A DNA stretch of 64,000 bases from the human T2T-CHM13v2.0 reference genome, Homo sapiens. Where the stretch lies: assembly GCF_009914755.1 (NCBI RefSeq), contig NC_060934.1; one strand, written 5' to 3'. Position 1 is the first letter of the stretch. Every line of letters starts with the position of its first letter. The position numbers and the translations under genes were made by a program. This document shows positions 1 to 19,681 of the stretch, in pieces. The notes below the pieces were generated by a model. It saw only the letters and a list, made by a program, of their open reading frames with translations, was not told the DNA's origin and did not search any database.

Positions 1-202
1 CACTAATTTTCACAGGTCGTCAAGAAAGTAGTAGAGAGGAGATATTTCCAAGAGAGCAAGTCATTCTACCCAGTAGCCCCATCAATACTGACACTTTGGC
101 CCCATCTGAGACAGTACTTCTGGCCTTTCTTAAAGCCCAAATCCCTCATTTTATTGGCTTTTATTTGACACACTGCCTTCCATTTTTAAAAGTTATTTTA
201 AT

Positions 203-582
<380 letters not shown>

Positions 583-1441
583 CTAGTTAATCAAATATTT
601 AACACCAAATTTTCTGAATCAAAACAATTAGCTGGTAACTTAGAGCTGATTTTCTCATGGTTATTAGGCTGTTTGAAAACCTGTGAATGATCTGGATAAC
701 TTATTTGAATAATTATCCTTAAAGCAATTACTCTGCTATGAAGCACTGATAGTGTAGATATTTATCTTAATGTGAGATGAAAGTGTTGTTATGACTTCAA
801 AAAGCTTAAGGAATCTTGGCTCTAATCCTCCATAGCAACAGTCGGTTTTGCTCTAAAACTGGAAAAACAGTTTTGCTAGGGAGGCAGGATATCGGAGTGG
901 AAAAGTCACTGAAGAGACATAGATTCTGTTCCTCTTTCTTGTAACAGGAAGCAACTCCACCTCAGAAACTTTAAGGTGCTGGCCAGGATCAGATAACTAG
1001 TTAGTGGCAGCTTCCATCTTTTTAGTAAAAGCCAATTTGTCTGACGCTTAATTTTTATTCCAAGTGTTATCTTTAGGTCTTTTAGGAACTAGTGTCATTA
1101 ATTACAGTGTTCTGGAGGAAATATCAAAAAGCAGCTAACAGAGTAGCTATCTATAATATCCCCATTAAAGTCTGAGAATGTTATGCAATTGAATATGAAA
1201 TTGCGCCATCCAGTGGCAGAATTATTGAACACTGAACAGACCCAACTTAAAGTCTGGAAATTAAATCCTCTCAAGGCTAGGTCCAGTGAATTACCCTCTA
1301 AGTACAATAACCTAATGTATAGTACATCAGGAAATTGTTTTCTTGTATTTTTTTCAAAACACCATATTTTGATCTACTATTGTCAAGGTATGTTTTATAA
1401 TTTTTTTTTAAAAGATTGTTATCTTCTACATTTTTTCCTAG

Positions 1442-1592
1442 GTCCTGGAATCTCAAAATTTGTTCAGAAAGTAAATGAAATAGGCATTTACCTGACTGAT
1501 TGCATGGAAAGAGCTAGGGAAGTGATTCCAAGGTCCCAGCACCAAGAGACACCCGTTTACCTGGGAGCCACGGCAGGCATGCGGTTGCTCAG
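1442..1592 (+). CDS. ENTPD1: ENTPD1/CD39 coding exon 4 ([10 protein letters not shown]...[14 protein letters not shown]; apyrase conserved region 2)
   Basis: ttttttcctag acceptor, AG|gtatag donor, 151 nt, phase 1-2; translation matches recalled human CD39. Confidence 0.97.
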
Positions 1593-1999
1593 GTATAGCA
1601 GCATGTAGGGACCAAGAGTATCTGGGAGTTAGGCTTGGCAGTGAAAGAGCCTCTGAAGTTATGGGAAAGGGCCACACTCCCTAATACCCCAAGTTCTACA
1701 CACCCAAGTCCATACTTAAGAAAGGATATTTTAGTAAGTGAATAAAATGTTCAAACTCTTAGTATATATAGGGGTAGGATTTTATGTATGTTAAAAAAAA
1801 AAGCCCCCTTGTGCATCTCCCTATGGGGGATTCAAAGGGGAAGGGGCACAGGGAGAGAAAGACTGGGCCCGTATACTCTGGGGTTTGGGGCTACAGATTT
1901 AACTATTCAATATCTGGGAGGAAGAGGATAAGAGGAGACTCATAGACATCCCAGGTCATAAATATTCACAACTAGCACATCTTTATATCACTTGATACC

Positions 2000-2900
2000 T
2001 GTGTGAATTATTTGTTCACTTGTTCATTCATTCAGCATATAGTGCCTGCTCTATCCAGAATATGAAAACTCAACCCTCAAGGAAATCAGTTTCAATGCAG
2101 GGTGATCAGTGTTTTAATAGAGGAGTGCTCAGAGCTGCTATGGGAGCACATTTGGCCCTGCCCAGGGTGAGAGGAGGTCAGGAAGACTTAGAGGAAGGGA
2201 TGCCTGAACTGAATCATGAAAAATGAGTTGGAGGATCGGGGAACAGCTTTATCAGCAGAACAGACAGCATGCATTCAGTAACTGATGTTTATTCAGCACC
2301 TATTATATGTCAGGCACTGTTCTAAGTACTGAGGATACAACAGTGAACAGGACAAAGTCTCTGACTTCATGGAGCTTGTGTTCTACCGGATGTGCAAAGG
2401 TAGGGAAGTGTGAGAGGCATATTCAGAGGACTGTAAGTAGTTCTGCATAGATAGAAGATAGGTAAGTAGTGTAAAATAATAATGATAATAATAGTAGCAG
2501 CTCGTATTTATTGAGCCCTTCCTATGTTCTTAGCACTACGCTAAGCACTTAATTGCACTGTCATAACAACTCTATGAAATTAACAATTATTAACAAGATA
2601 AGGAAGCTGTGGCTTACAAATGTTAAGTAACTCACCCAAGGTCACACACCTGGGAAGTGGTGGAGCCAGGATTCTGAGTGGGATTCTGAAAAGGAAGGGT
2701 CCAGGTCACAAAGTGCCCTATGGGGCCATGCTAGGAAGTTTGGAGTTTATCTTAGAGATAGTAGGAAGCCATTAAAGGATGCTACACAACTGGTGACACT
2801 GGTAGAGAAGATGGATTGGAGGGGAGAAAAGCTGGGGATAAAAGGAAGGCAGTTAGTAGGTGTGGACGCCATTTAGATGAGAGATGACAGGGGCCTAATG
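2000..2900. mobile_element. Ancient L2/MIR fragments
   Basis: ttcattcattca L2 3' ends, 'caggcactgttctaagtactgaggatac', MIR core 'gttaagtaactcacccaaggtcacac'. Confidence 0.6.
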
Positions 2901-3573
2901 CCAGCTGGAAGGTAGCATCCTCTCGCTCAGAGACTCCCAGTGTTGGGTAGCCTAGATCTTGGAAGCAATTGCATCCCATCTTCATTAAGACAACCCTGGA
3001 AGATTCCTTCTTTAGGTCTCAAGGTCTCAAACAGACCCAAGAACTGAGCTGTAATATGAGGAAGATTTTTCCCAGTCTGGCAGCAGAGGAGATTGGATAT
3101 CTATTCCAGGTCATTTGCCACCTGGTTTCTACTAGAACCCTAATTAAAAACCTGGAGCAGAGTCTGGCCATGTAACCAGCTAGGAGCCACCCACAGTGGT
3201 TAATATAGCACACATCAGCTTCAGGTATGGTCATCAAACCATACCCAGCTATCACCACCACAGTAATTTTAAGAGCCTTTGATAACTTTTTGAGCCAGGG
3301 AACTTCAGAACAAAAGTGGTATTTTAAGGAAAACCAACCTATGAAAGGATTGGAAGGATGTGGATTTGGAGAGAGATGAACAAAATATTAATTCTGCCTC
3401 ATCCAAAAAAGGGGTTTCTTGGACAGCTATGTGCGAAGATCCCCATCTCTTCATTTATTCCAGGGCATTATGGTTCACTTCTTAGTAGCACTGTGTGGAT
3501 GCTGTAGCTGAAATGGGTAATGTAATATAATTATTAAAACAAAAATGATAACCTCAGCTCTTCCTTTGTACAG

Positions 3574-3733
3574 GATGGAAAGTGAAGAGTTGGCAGACAG
3601 GGTTCTGGATGTGGTGGAGAGGAGCCTCAGCAACTACCCCTTTGACTTCCAGGGTGCCAGGATCATTACTGGCCAAGAGGAAGGTGCCTATGGCTGGATT
3701 ACTATCAACTATCTGCTGGGCAAATTCAGTCAG
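3574..3733 (+). CDS. ENTPD1: ENTPD1 exon 5 (MESEELADR...[21 protein letters not shown]; ACR3)
   Basis: cctttgtacag acceptor, CAG|gtgaat donor, 160 nt, phase 2-0. Confidence 0.97.
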
Positions 3734-3818
3734 GTGAATATCTCACGGCATCCATGGAGGTGGCTCTCTGGAGGCCAATGCCATTGCTATCTCAGGCAGT
3801 ACTTGGGTCGCTAGCCAG

Positions 3819-3872
3819 AATGAATGAATGAATGATAGATGGATGGATGGATGGATGACTGGATGAATGAAT
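3819..3872 (+). repeat. (GAAT)n/(GGAT)n microsatellite
   Basis: Directly visible. Confidence 0.9.
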
Positions 3873-4454
3873 TTACTCTCACATTTGTAAGGGTCACCAG
3901 AGGTATAATTCTCTTACAAGACCTTCTACTATTGGGAGAATAAGGACATGTCTTTACCTTAGGGAGGCATAAAGGAAATTAAAAATTTATCATTAAAAAT
4001 TAGAATAGCTAACATTTGCCTTCTGCTATGTGTCTCCCGCTGTGCTCAGCACTTTTCATGTTTTCTCTGATTTTATCCTTAGAACAACACTATGAGGTAC
4101 TACATCATCCCCATTTTAGAGCCCCATATCGATGCCTAGAGAGGGTAATTAGTCTGCCCATGGCTGTACAGCTAACAAGCGACTGAGTGAGAATTTGAAC
4201 TTGAATGTGTCTGGCCTCAGACCTCTTGTTTTTAAACACCAGTTACACTGCTTCTATGTCCGGCAGTCTGAGCTATGTCTTTGAAGCCCCTCTTTTCTTG
4301 CTGATAATCTGTTGTAGATCAGGAGCCTCTAGTGAGCTTTGCCTCACCTTTATGCCCCTGTTTCTTTGCCTTAGGAAATCCCTGACTCCAATAGATACTA
4401 TGAAAAGCAGGGTGTCCAGAGACTTCTAGCACTGGTAACTGTACTGTCTTTCAG

Positions 4455-4694
4455 AAAACAAGGTGGTTCAGCATAGTCCCATATGAAACCAATAATCAGG
4501 AAACCTTTGGAGCTTTGGACCTTGGGGGAGCCTCTACACAAGTCACTTTTGTACCCCAAAACCAGACTATCGAGTCCCCAGATAATGCTCTGCAATTTCG
4601 CCTCTATGGCAAGGACTACAATGTCTACACACATAGCTTCTTGTGCTATGGGAAGGATCAGGCACTCTGGCAGAAACTGGCCAAGGACATTCAG
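4455..4694 (+). CDS. ENTPD1: ENTPD1 exon 6 (KTRWFS...[11 protein letters not shown]...LAKDIQ; ACR4)
   Basis: tgtctttcag acceptor, non-canonical CAG|gcaagt donor, 240 nt, phase 0-0. Confidence 0.96.
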
Positions 4695-5217
4695 GCAAGT
4701 ATAACTCAATCCAGACCTGCCCCCTTCACATCTGCACCTCCAGCCCCCACATCCTGTTGTTTTCTGTTTCAAATTCAGTAGTTTGTCTGAACTTGGTTAT
4801 TGTACTTTCCAAACCTTTTTAGGCAGGATATTGAACTACATCTGGTTGACCCCTATAAATTGTTTCAGTCAGACATCCCCTCCCATGTTTGTTTACTGCG
4901 TTATCTCCACAGACACAACTGAGATCTTCTCTCAGGAAATAATTTCTCCCCCTCGTGGGGTTGATAATGAAAATTATGTGGTAGAATATTGTTTGTTGGA
5001 GGGGGAATTGCAATTTATAAGCTCTTTTAGACCACTTTTTAAAGCTCCCTTTCCTACAAACTACAAAAAAACAGAGTTGTTAGAAATGACCTGGAGAGGA
5101 GAAGGAAAAAAAAAAAAACACTTCAGGAGAAACACAAAATGTATCAATTGACACTTCAAATCTTGTCATCTTGTCCCCAGATGCCTTCTGCATTTTGAAG
5201 ACAAGAAAAGTTAAACA

Positions 5218-5513
5218 CACTTTGGGAGGCTGAGGTGGGTGGATCACTTGAGGTCAGGAGTTGGAGACCAGCCTGGCCAACATGGTGAAACCCCATCTCT
5301 ACTAAAAATACAAAAAAAGAAAAAAAATTAGCTGGGCATGGTGGCACATACCTGTAATCCCAGCTACTTGGGAGGCTGAGAAAGGAGAATCACTTGAACT
5401 GGGAGGTGGAGGTTGCAGTGAGCCGAGATTGTGCCACTACACTCCAGCCTGGGCCACAGAGCGAGACTCCATCTCAAAAAGAAAAAAAAGAAAAGAAAAA
5501 GAAAAAGAAAACA
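5218..5513 (+). mobile_element. 5'-truncated AluS
   Basis: Alu consensus; TSD aaagttaaaca. Confidence 0.93.
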
Positions 5514-5793
5514 AAAGTTAAACATACTCAACATCATGTGAGTACCAGGCACACCCTGACAAGCAAACACAAAGCCAGGATGTCATATCCAGCTGTTCCC
5601 TGTCTCCACTGAAAGGATAACAAGTTCTCTGCTCTCCTCCAAAGCATTCTCTCTGGTTTTCAAAACCACTACCAATAAGATGGTCCTGGGAGTAGGGGGC
5701 GCTGAGAGACATCCACTGAGCCTCAAAGCTCCACTAACCTTCTTATCCACAGCAGCCTCCTTTCTTCCCTAGTAGGTTGTGGGTTAGAAATTA

Positions 5794-6097
<304 letters not shown>

Positions 6098-6543
6098 TTA
6101 TTTTTCTTGGATAGGAGAATGCTTGAAGAAGAAAAAAAATTTTTTTAATAATTTTTAAATTATGTAGGCTCCTGGAGAACTACTCCCAGGCCCAAATTTT
6201 TGACAACCTTGAGAGTTTCCTTGTGAATTTGCTCCTGACCTAGATGATTAGGACTAAGCACTCAGGGACATTTCAAACTAATGGCATTTCTGGGCCCAGT
6301 TTTAACTACATCAGCATTCTTTGACTAGCCAAATACATTTATATCTGATACCACTTCTGGTGCCTGTTACACAAATCCATTTTTCATATTTATTCCTAAG
6401 GGTAAAAAGGCAGGGCAGGACATATTGATTCCAATACCAAGTGGTGGGATGTTGTACAGTGCCTACATATTGATTAAGTCAGACTGTACCTTTTGTATCC
6501 AAAGCGTTCACACATGATGCTTTCAAGTGATTTTTCCATTCAG

Positions 6544-6804
6544 GTTGCAAGTAATGAAATTCTCAGGGACCCATGCTTTCATCCTGGATATAAGAAGGTA
6601 GTGAACGTAAGTGACCTTTACAAGACCCCCTGCACCAAGAGATTTGAGATGACTCTTCCATTCCAGCAGTTTGAAATCCAGGGTATTGGAAACTATCAAC
6701 AATGCCATCAAAGCATCCTGGAGCTCTTCAACACCAGTTACTGCCCTTACTCCCAGTGTGCCTTCAATGGGATTTTCTTGCCACCACTCCAGGGGGATTT
6801 TGGG
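6544..6804 (+). CDS. ENTPD1: ENTPD1 exon 7 ([16 protein letters not shown]...PPLQGDFG)
   Basis: ttttccattcag acceptor, GGG|gtaagt donor, 261 nt. Confidence 0.97.
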
Positions 6805-7568
6805 GTAAGTTTGTGAAATGATGAGGTATAGGATGTCTTGTTTACAAGTTATAGAATATGTGCCTACAAAAGATTTAAATAATAGGATGCATTTTTCTCT
6901 TACATAATGTCTTGAGGTAGATGATTAGGGGTTGGTTCTTCAGCTCAACTATGTCAGAACTTGGGATCAGTTTTTTCCACTATCGTTGTGATCTTTTTGT
7001 GCTAAGGTATGTTACTGCTCCAAGCACCATATCACTAGGTCACTGCCTCCTTTTTGGCTCTAGGCAGCACCTTAAGCCCAGGTTCATCTCCTTTCTAGTC
7101 AACAATAAGAGTACTGCCTTTCCGGAATGGGGGAGGTCCCAAAGAGGTTAGCCCCAGCAGTGTGGGAAAACTGACTAGGGGGTTGTGCCCAGGGGACCTT
7201 GTGGGACAGACCTCCTACAGCCATAGAACAGCCACTCTGATTTGGCATCTCCTTTGGCCAAGTGACAGAGCAGACTTCCCAGGGCTGGGGATGCTAAATC
7301 TGCCTCTTCCTTGTCTCTGCCTGTCCCCAGGGATATCTCCCTTCAGGATGTCACGATGCTTACTGTGGGTTAAGACAAAGACAGGTTTCCTGCTAGGGAA
7401 CCCAGGATGATGGGGAAGCTGATTGTCCACCTTGATCTCACTTTTTCCAGTGTACAAATTGTGAGTTTGGGGGAAATTTTCCACAAGCTTGGTGTCAGGC
7501 AGAATCGGGGGAGAGGTGACATGGATGTGGAAGTTTGATTATCTTCCCGTCTGCTTGGAGTTTTTTCA

Positions 7569-7835
<267 letters not shown>

Positions 7836-9569
7836 TCAGATCCTGCTGGCCAGAACTTGGTGAAATATATACTCTAAACCAATCTGTGATAAAGAGAAAT
7901 GGATTAATATAGTTAGTTTAGACTAATTATTGTTTATCACCTGAGGAGTCGTTTTTGAGGATATTGCTTTCCTCTACTTGGGTAAAATCAGGACTTCATA
8001 AGCGAGGAAGAAGGGGGCTAGCTATGGGGTATGTGCCTGTTAGAGTTTGCCATAGGTGGCTTCTCAAATGTTAGAAGGAGGAGGAGCAGCAGTTAGATGA
8101 CACAGCTGAGGGTTTTCCTCTATAAAGACATTTAGGAAGTAGAAACTCAGGAAATCCCAAAGAAACATTGAAGATAACATCATTGTCATTATGTTTTGAA
8201 GAGTTGGGGGATTATTTGAATCCTAGCTCCAAATTCCTTATTTTCTTAATAACTCCAGAATAAGATAAAATATTTGAGCAGAGGCAGAAGAGATGGCTCT
8301 TAATTGACTCAGTCTTCAAATTTCTTATTTTGGTCCCAGAGGCTGAGCATTATTATAATCATAGTTTAGTAGCATATTGAAAAATTAGCTACCATCTGTC
8401 AAATGCCAATTATTGACTATGCACTATATGTATATTATCTCATTTATTCATTCAAGATATTCAAAGAAACAAGGCTTTTGCCTGCCTTCATGCTTTCTCC
8501 CTTTTCAGAAAACAGATCAGCATGTAAGAAGGGAGGTTCAGCTCCTCCCCTCCAGGACCCCAGCAAGAGAGTTTCTCCTAAGGTCACCTGGCTTGGCCCA
8601 AGACAAAGCTCTAGAAGAGAACATAGGCACTGTCGTAATCAGATCTGATTCTACTTCTGGCTTCTTATGAACTGTATGAGCTCTTCATTTTCTTGGTCTC
8701 TGAGAAAACAATAGGTAATGCCATAGATCCAGACTTACCTTAACCATGGTCCAAACCACAGTCTACCCTCCCCTCAAGGTTCCTGAGGGAAATACATGAC
8801 AAGACAATGACTGGCAGAGTAATATTTGGTTATTAGTTGGCTGCAAACCCAAATTCAGAAGAAACTGAACCTCACTTGAATGCCCTGTGGCTGAGCTGGC
8901 ACTGGCTCTTCACCTTGGACTTTTTTTTGGGCCAGGGCCCTTGCCTTAGATTGAACTCCTTGAAGAGGAAGGAGGGTGCCACCTTGGCCAAGGGCCTTTT
9001 TCATTCCAGTCACTGCGAGGATGTAAATCTAAAGTCAATGAACATACCCTTGTGTCTTGAGTTTGTAACTTCTCAGAAAGTTTCACTTCCTGGGAAACAT
9101 GGCCAATTCCTGCCTTCAAGCTTGAGCAAACCTTTCCTCCTTAGGGGACTGAAATTTCTTGCCTTTGAATGTGATTCATCCAACCAAAGCAGGGAGAGAT
9201 AGGGGCTGGAAAAGGGTGGAGGAGTCTTGAACTCCCCCTGGAGGCTTTTCTATTTGATCCCTTAGTTCCTCATTGAGATTGTTCTCCCAGCCTTCTGAAC
9301 CTCAGTTTGGCAGTTCCTGAGACTATCGCATTGCCTGCCTCTATGTAGGATCTTTCTCCTCTAGATACAGCCCTCAGGGTCAGGACTGTCCTGTCCCGAT
9401 TTCTGCATTGGCAGTTTCATTCTGCTTCAGATTTTTGATGTTTTTTGTTTTGTTTTGTTTTATGCCCTCTGTAATGTATCCCTAAGACCTAAAGTTTTTT
9501 TGTCTGTTTCCTCATCTGTACAATGGGGACAGTAATATCTACCTCATTGATAGTTGTGAGTCAGACAAG

Positions 9570-9776
9570 CAGTGATGGTCTGGGAAATGTCCAACAACCA
9601 ACTCTCGGGGAATGGGGAGCTGATTTGTAGCACTTACCAGTTTCCATGGTGTAAGTAGTTCTACCACAGCCTATTTCAAGCTATATCAACATATCAACTG
9701 GCTCACAAAAATCTGGAAATTTTAAGAATCAGCTCTTGTGAGTACATAAGAAAGAGTCAGCTCCAGCACACCACTG
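9570..9776. mobile_element. hAT DNA transposon relic (MER63-like)
   Basis: Terminal inverted ends cagtgatggtctgg ... ccagcacaccactg; family name from recall. Confidence 0.5.
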
Positions 9777-10529
9777 TAAATAGCAAAAAGCGGGCATACC
9801 CCAGCACCACCCTTAAAAAGGTTAGGTCTTTATCCTAGCAGTCTTCATTCTATGCTGTCCTTCCTGCAGGGAGTTCCTGTTATCGAGTCCTGCCTCTTGA
9901 AGCATAGCTATGTGCAACACAGAAATCCAGTTTCATTCCCATTCTTTCCAGAACTAGTTAGCCTGGGTGTTCTCAAGCCACAGAGAATTTGTTGGGGAGG
10001 GAGTTTTTGCCACAGTTGCATTCAGCACTGATGATCTGATTCTTAGTTGGTAAATATGGTATTAAAAATTGTCATTGCTTTAGTCAGTCTGGCTACACTG
10101 TAGCCTTGGTTGCTAAACAGAATCCAATGTTGTGGGCAAATTAGAAACACTAACAAGAAAGAGGGAACATCTGTAGGGAATTACTTATGAGGTAATTTAG
10201 AAATTATTTTTAAAGATCACATTGTGCTGTTTATATAAATAAGAAAGGGAAGAAACAAGTTCAATAGGAAACTGGAATTAAAGAACATTAAAAACACATT
10301 TGTTTACATATGTATACATAAATGTGTGTATATTTATATTTATATTTATTTATATTTATATTTTTGTTGGTACAAAAGTAATTGTGGTTTCAGACCATGA
10401 ATTTTATTTTTTTAATTTTTTTTGAAAAGTACTAAATATATAAATATTCACAAGTTCAACAAAGGAGAGAAAATAACACCAATAAAATCCCCAAAAACTT
10501 AACAATACATTAATCTAGGTTGGATGATC

Positions 10530-15286
<4,757 letters not shown>

Positions 15287-15289
15287 GCT

Positions 15290-15749
15290 AGACCATTCTT
15301 AAAAGAAGATATACAAATGGCCAACAAACATGAAAAAATGCTCAACATCACTAATTATCAGGGAAATGCAAATTAAAACCACAGTGAGACACTACCTTAC
15401 TCTCCTGCAAGAATGGTCATAATTTAAAAATCAAAAAATAATAGATGTTGGCATGGATGTGGTGTAAAGGGAACACTTTTGCACTGCTGGTGGGAATGTA
15501 AACCAGTACAACCACTATGGAAAACAGTATAGAGACTCCTTAAGGAACTAAAAGTAGAACTACTGTTTGATCCAGCAATCCCACTACTGGATATCTACCC
15601 AGAGGAAAATAAGTCATTGTATGAAAAAGACACTTGCACACACATGTTCACAGCAACACAATTCGCAGTTGCAAAAATATGGAACCAGTCCAAATGCCCA
15701 TCAATCAACAAGTGGACAAAGAAAATGTGGTAAATATATATATGTATGC

Positions 15750-15780
<31 letters not shown>

Positions 15781-15853
15781 TAAATGTATATACACACACT
15801 ATGGAATACTACTCAGCCATAAAAAGGAATGAAATCATGGCATTTGCAGCAAG
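15290..15853 (+). mobile_element. Older L1 (L1PB/L1MA-like) 3' ORF2 fragment with (TA)n(CA)n
   Basis: 'gaagatatacaaatggccaac...atggaatactactcagccataaaaagg'. Confidence 0.85.
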
Positions 15854-16979
15854 GACACATGATGTATTAAGTAAAACAAAGCAGTATTATAAAAAATTTG
15901 TCTAGTATCATCATATTTAGGTTATATATATACATATACACATATATAATTATATAAATATGTATTCACTATTTTCTATTACATATCTATTTGCTATAGA
16001 TATTAAACAGTAAATTGTTAAAAAGTGTACATCTCTAGAGGATGGTTAGATTAAGGAGGGACTTCCATTTTTAACTTGTATTATTTAAATTCTATATAAT
16101 AAACGTGTTTTTTTTTAATAAGCCAGCATTTTAAAGACATTTCTATTTTGAAGGAAAAGAAATGAATAGGGAAACTTCATGTTTTGAGAAATAAATAAGA
16201 GCAAGATTCTGAGATGCCAGAGGGAGGCTTCTGAAGGTCATGGGAAATTTTTCAAGAGCCGATGGCATGTAGTGTCTTGGGGGGTTGGAGGTGGCATGGA
16301 CCAGGAGGCCCTGCTGACTTGATCGCTATGTATCCTACTGAAGGCTCAATATGTTGCTAAATCTACCTCATAGAAATTTGTTGTTTGTTGATCTGTTTTT
16401 TATAATTTGTACTTACTTTATAAAGCAAATGTCACTACTTAGCAAAAGCAAGAGAGTTTCTAGATGCTTACCTCATTGAGACTTTTGCTAATAGAATAAG
16501 CTCTAGGATTAATTTCAGAAAGTCTTTTGAAATGTAACAATTTAAGGAAATATTTATTAGTGCTTTATTACATGCTCATTATAAAAAAACTGTACAAAAA
16601 GCTTAAAGTAAAGACTAAAAGGTCTCTTCTCCCTCTCACCCCACCATCAGTTCACTAGAGGAAAAATGAGGAATAGTTGTAATAAACAGGAAGAACTTTT
16701 CCAGGCATTAGCTATGCGAATCCAAGCATATATAAATTTATCCAGATTTAACAGAGATTGTTGTGCCTTAGGAACTAGAGAGAGAGCAGTTTTCTGCCAC
16801 TTATTTACGGAGCACTCACATATGCCAAGTGCCATGTTAGTGAGGGCAGATTCAACCAAGAACAAGGGAAATTCCGCGCCTGCCATCACAGAGTTGGCAT
16901 TCTAGAAAGCAGGCAGACATGAGACCAGAAACACAAACAAAGGCAAATCCGACTGCTGCAAATCAAAAGGAACTGCTGG

Positions 16980-17272
16980 GGCAGGTCGCGGTGGCTTACG
17001 CCTGTAATCCCAGCACTTTGGGAGGCCGACGCGGGCGGATCACGAGGTTAGGAGATTGAGACCATCCTGGCTAATGCGGTGAAACCCCGTCTCTACTAAA
17101 AATACAAATTAGCCGGGCGTGGTGGCAGGCGCCTGTAATCCCAGCTACTCGGGAGGCTGAGGCAGGAGAATGGCGTGAACCCGGACGCAGAGCTTGCAGT
17201 GAGCCGAGATCGCGCCACTGCACTCCAGCCTGGGCGACAGAGCAAGACTCCATCTCAAAAAAAAAAAAAAAA
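16980..17272 (+). mobile_element. AluY, CpG-rich
   Basis: AluY diagnostics; TSD aaaag(g/t)aactgctggg. Confidence 0.95.
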
Positions 17273-19567
17273 GTAACTGCTGGGAGGAAAGAGACAGTCC
17301 TGTGAAAGCAGATAACAGAGGGTCCTAGAGACCCCTCTAAGGAGGGGAAGTGGAAGTCCAGGGAATTCCAGCAGAGGGAATAGCAAGTGTACAGGTTCTA
17401 GGGGAGGAAAGGCTTGGCGGGGATTGAAAGCCAGGGTGCTGGGTATGGTGGGCATGGGGGCAGGGCTAGAACATGCCTGGTTTTCAGCGACCTTGTAGGA
17501 TTTGATTTTTATTCTAAGTATAATTAGGAGCCACCAAAGGTTTTAAGCAGGGGAGTGATATGATCAGATTTGTTTTTAAAAGATTCCTGTGACTGCTGTT
17601 TGTAGGATGGGTTGGACTAGAACCAGAAAGCTAATGTGGAGACTAATTAAGAGGCCATTGCAGTATCCACACGAGATGATAGTGGCTTGGGTTAAGAGGG
17701 CAGAAATAGGACCATACCACGATCTTTTTCTGCACCTGGGATACAATGATAATGGAAGTGCTGGAATTCCTGAGTTCAGGGCATATGGAGGCTCTCCAGT
17801 TTCTGCAGAGCTCGACTTCCTAGAGGAATGAGCATACCAGTTCAGAGGCTAAATGTATTTATACCATTGCTCATAGGGGAAATTGCTGGAAATCAGGAGA
17901 ATATCTACCAGTAGAGAGTTGTTGAATAAATTAAGATACATCTACACCGTAGACTCTTATGTGGCCATTAGAGTGGCCCCAGCTGACTTGGAGGGATTTC
18001 TATAAAGGATTGTTAAGAAAAGCAAGATGAAGAATCTGTTTAAAATTTCATTTCTAAAACAAACCCTTTATATGTGTGTGTTTGTATATGATTATAGGAG
18101 CATGGGAAAAATGGAAGGCTTCATATTAAGTTGTTAGTATGAACTCCTGTTGGGACTGAAAGTGGAAGAAAAAAATCAAGCCAAAAAAAGGAAAATTTAT
18201 TAAAAAGGACTAATATGCTCACACTTATGTTATTAGATATATATGTATAAGAATATTGAAAAATGCAACTTTTAAGAAGCTGGCACTGGGTTTATGTCAA
18301 TTGGAACTGAGGCATACGGCCTGTTTGCAGCAGGAAATTGCCTGGTGGAGGATATTTTTCCTCATCTCTGAGTCACAGTGAGCCCCCAATGGGATCTCTG
18401 CTACCTCCTGTTTCTTTGCCTACCAAAACTCTGTTTCTTTGCCTATGCGAATTACACTTTGGGAATCACATTTGCTTTCTACATTCACTTCTAGTTAAGT
18501 AATTTTACAGAAGGCAAATTATAATCCCCAATCTAACCGTGTTTGCCACAGGGAAAACTTTATGCCCCCCTCAAATAATCTCAGTAAACTATGACTCAGC
18601 ACAGTGTCTAGCAAACAGAGCTCAGTGTGTTTGCTGAATGAACAAATGATGTGCTCCTTTAATATCCAACATGATTTCCCCCTAAAAACTGGCACCTTTT
18701 TGGGTAGGAAAGAGGAAAAGCACTGGAGTTGGGGTTTGAATTGCCTCATCTAGCAAGCTCTGCTCAATTATTTTTTCCCCTTTAAATTATGCTCTATTAA
18801 AAGAGTAAAAAGGCAGTTATAGGGTGGTATGAAGTATAATAAACATTTTATATGTATCATAGAATGAGAAAGATGCTAGAAGCCTATATACTATATTGAA
18901 TAGCAGTTGTCACTAAGTAGTAGAATTTAGAGGTCATTTTAATAGAATTTTTTTTGTTTTACTGATTTGAACTTTTAACTTTTTTTATAGTTCTTATGTT
19001 TGATGATGATAATGATTTTTAAAAAATTTCAGTTGTGTCTAAAATAGTACCTAGCCCATAGTAGACCTGTAATAAATATTTGTTGAATAAAGATGGATTT
19101 TTTAAAGGAAAGCAGTACATATTCATTATAGAAAATAGGCAAAAAATAAGCACAAGGGGAAAAAACCAATTTCGCTACTCAGAGATAACTCAATAGTGTT
19201 GTATAGAATTTTCCAGTTGTTTATATTTATTAAACATTCATATGTAGTACATAGTATTTTTAAATGGGATTTTTGCAACCCCTTTCTCTCTCTTTTCTTA
19301 TTCTCTTTCCCCATTTTTCTTTCTCCCTGACTCTTCTATTACAATTATGGAGAAAAGTAACTGCCAGGTGGCTTAGAAATGTGTGTCAGCAGCAAAGTGG
19401 CTCCTCTTCCAGGAAGGAAACAGCTCTTGGGCCTGCAATATCACTTTGTGTGTTAATTTACTCAGCAGAACTTTCCAGGCACCTGCACAAGGGATGCGGC
19501 CTTTAGGAGAGCAAGTTGGCATCCCTCTGTGTGGAACACAGCCTAAAACTGCGATTTTCTCTTGTAG

Positions 19568-19681
19568 GCATTTTCAGCTTTTTACTTTGTGATGAAGTTT
19601 TTAAACTTGACATCAGAGAAAGTCTCTCAGGAAAAGGTGACTGAGATGATGAAAAAGTTCTGTGCTCAGCCTTGGGAGGAG
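19568..19681 (+). CDS. ENTPD1: ENTPD1 exon 8 ([14 protein letters not shown]...FCAQPWEE)
   Basis: ttttctcttgtag acceptor, GAG|gtaagt donor, 114 nt; translated by hand, reading frame absent from the ORF track. Confidence 0.96.

Noticed and set aside
16866-16875. Perfect NF-kB site GGGAAATTCC
   Set aside because: Single 10-mer inside a probable L2 remnant with no supporting context.
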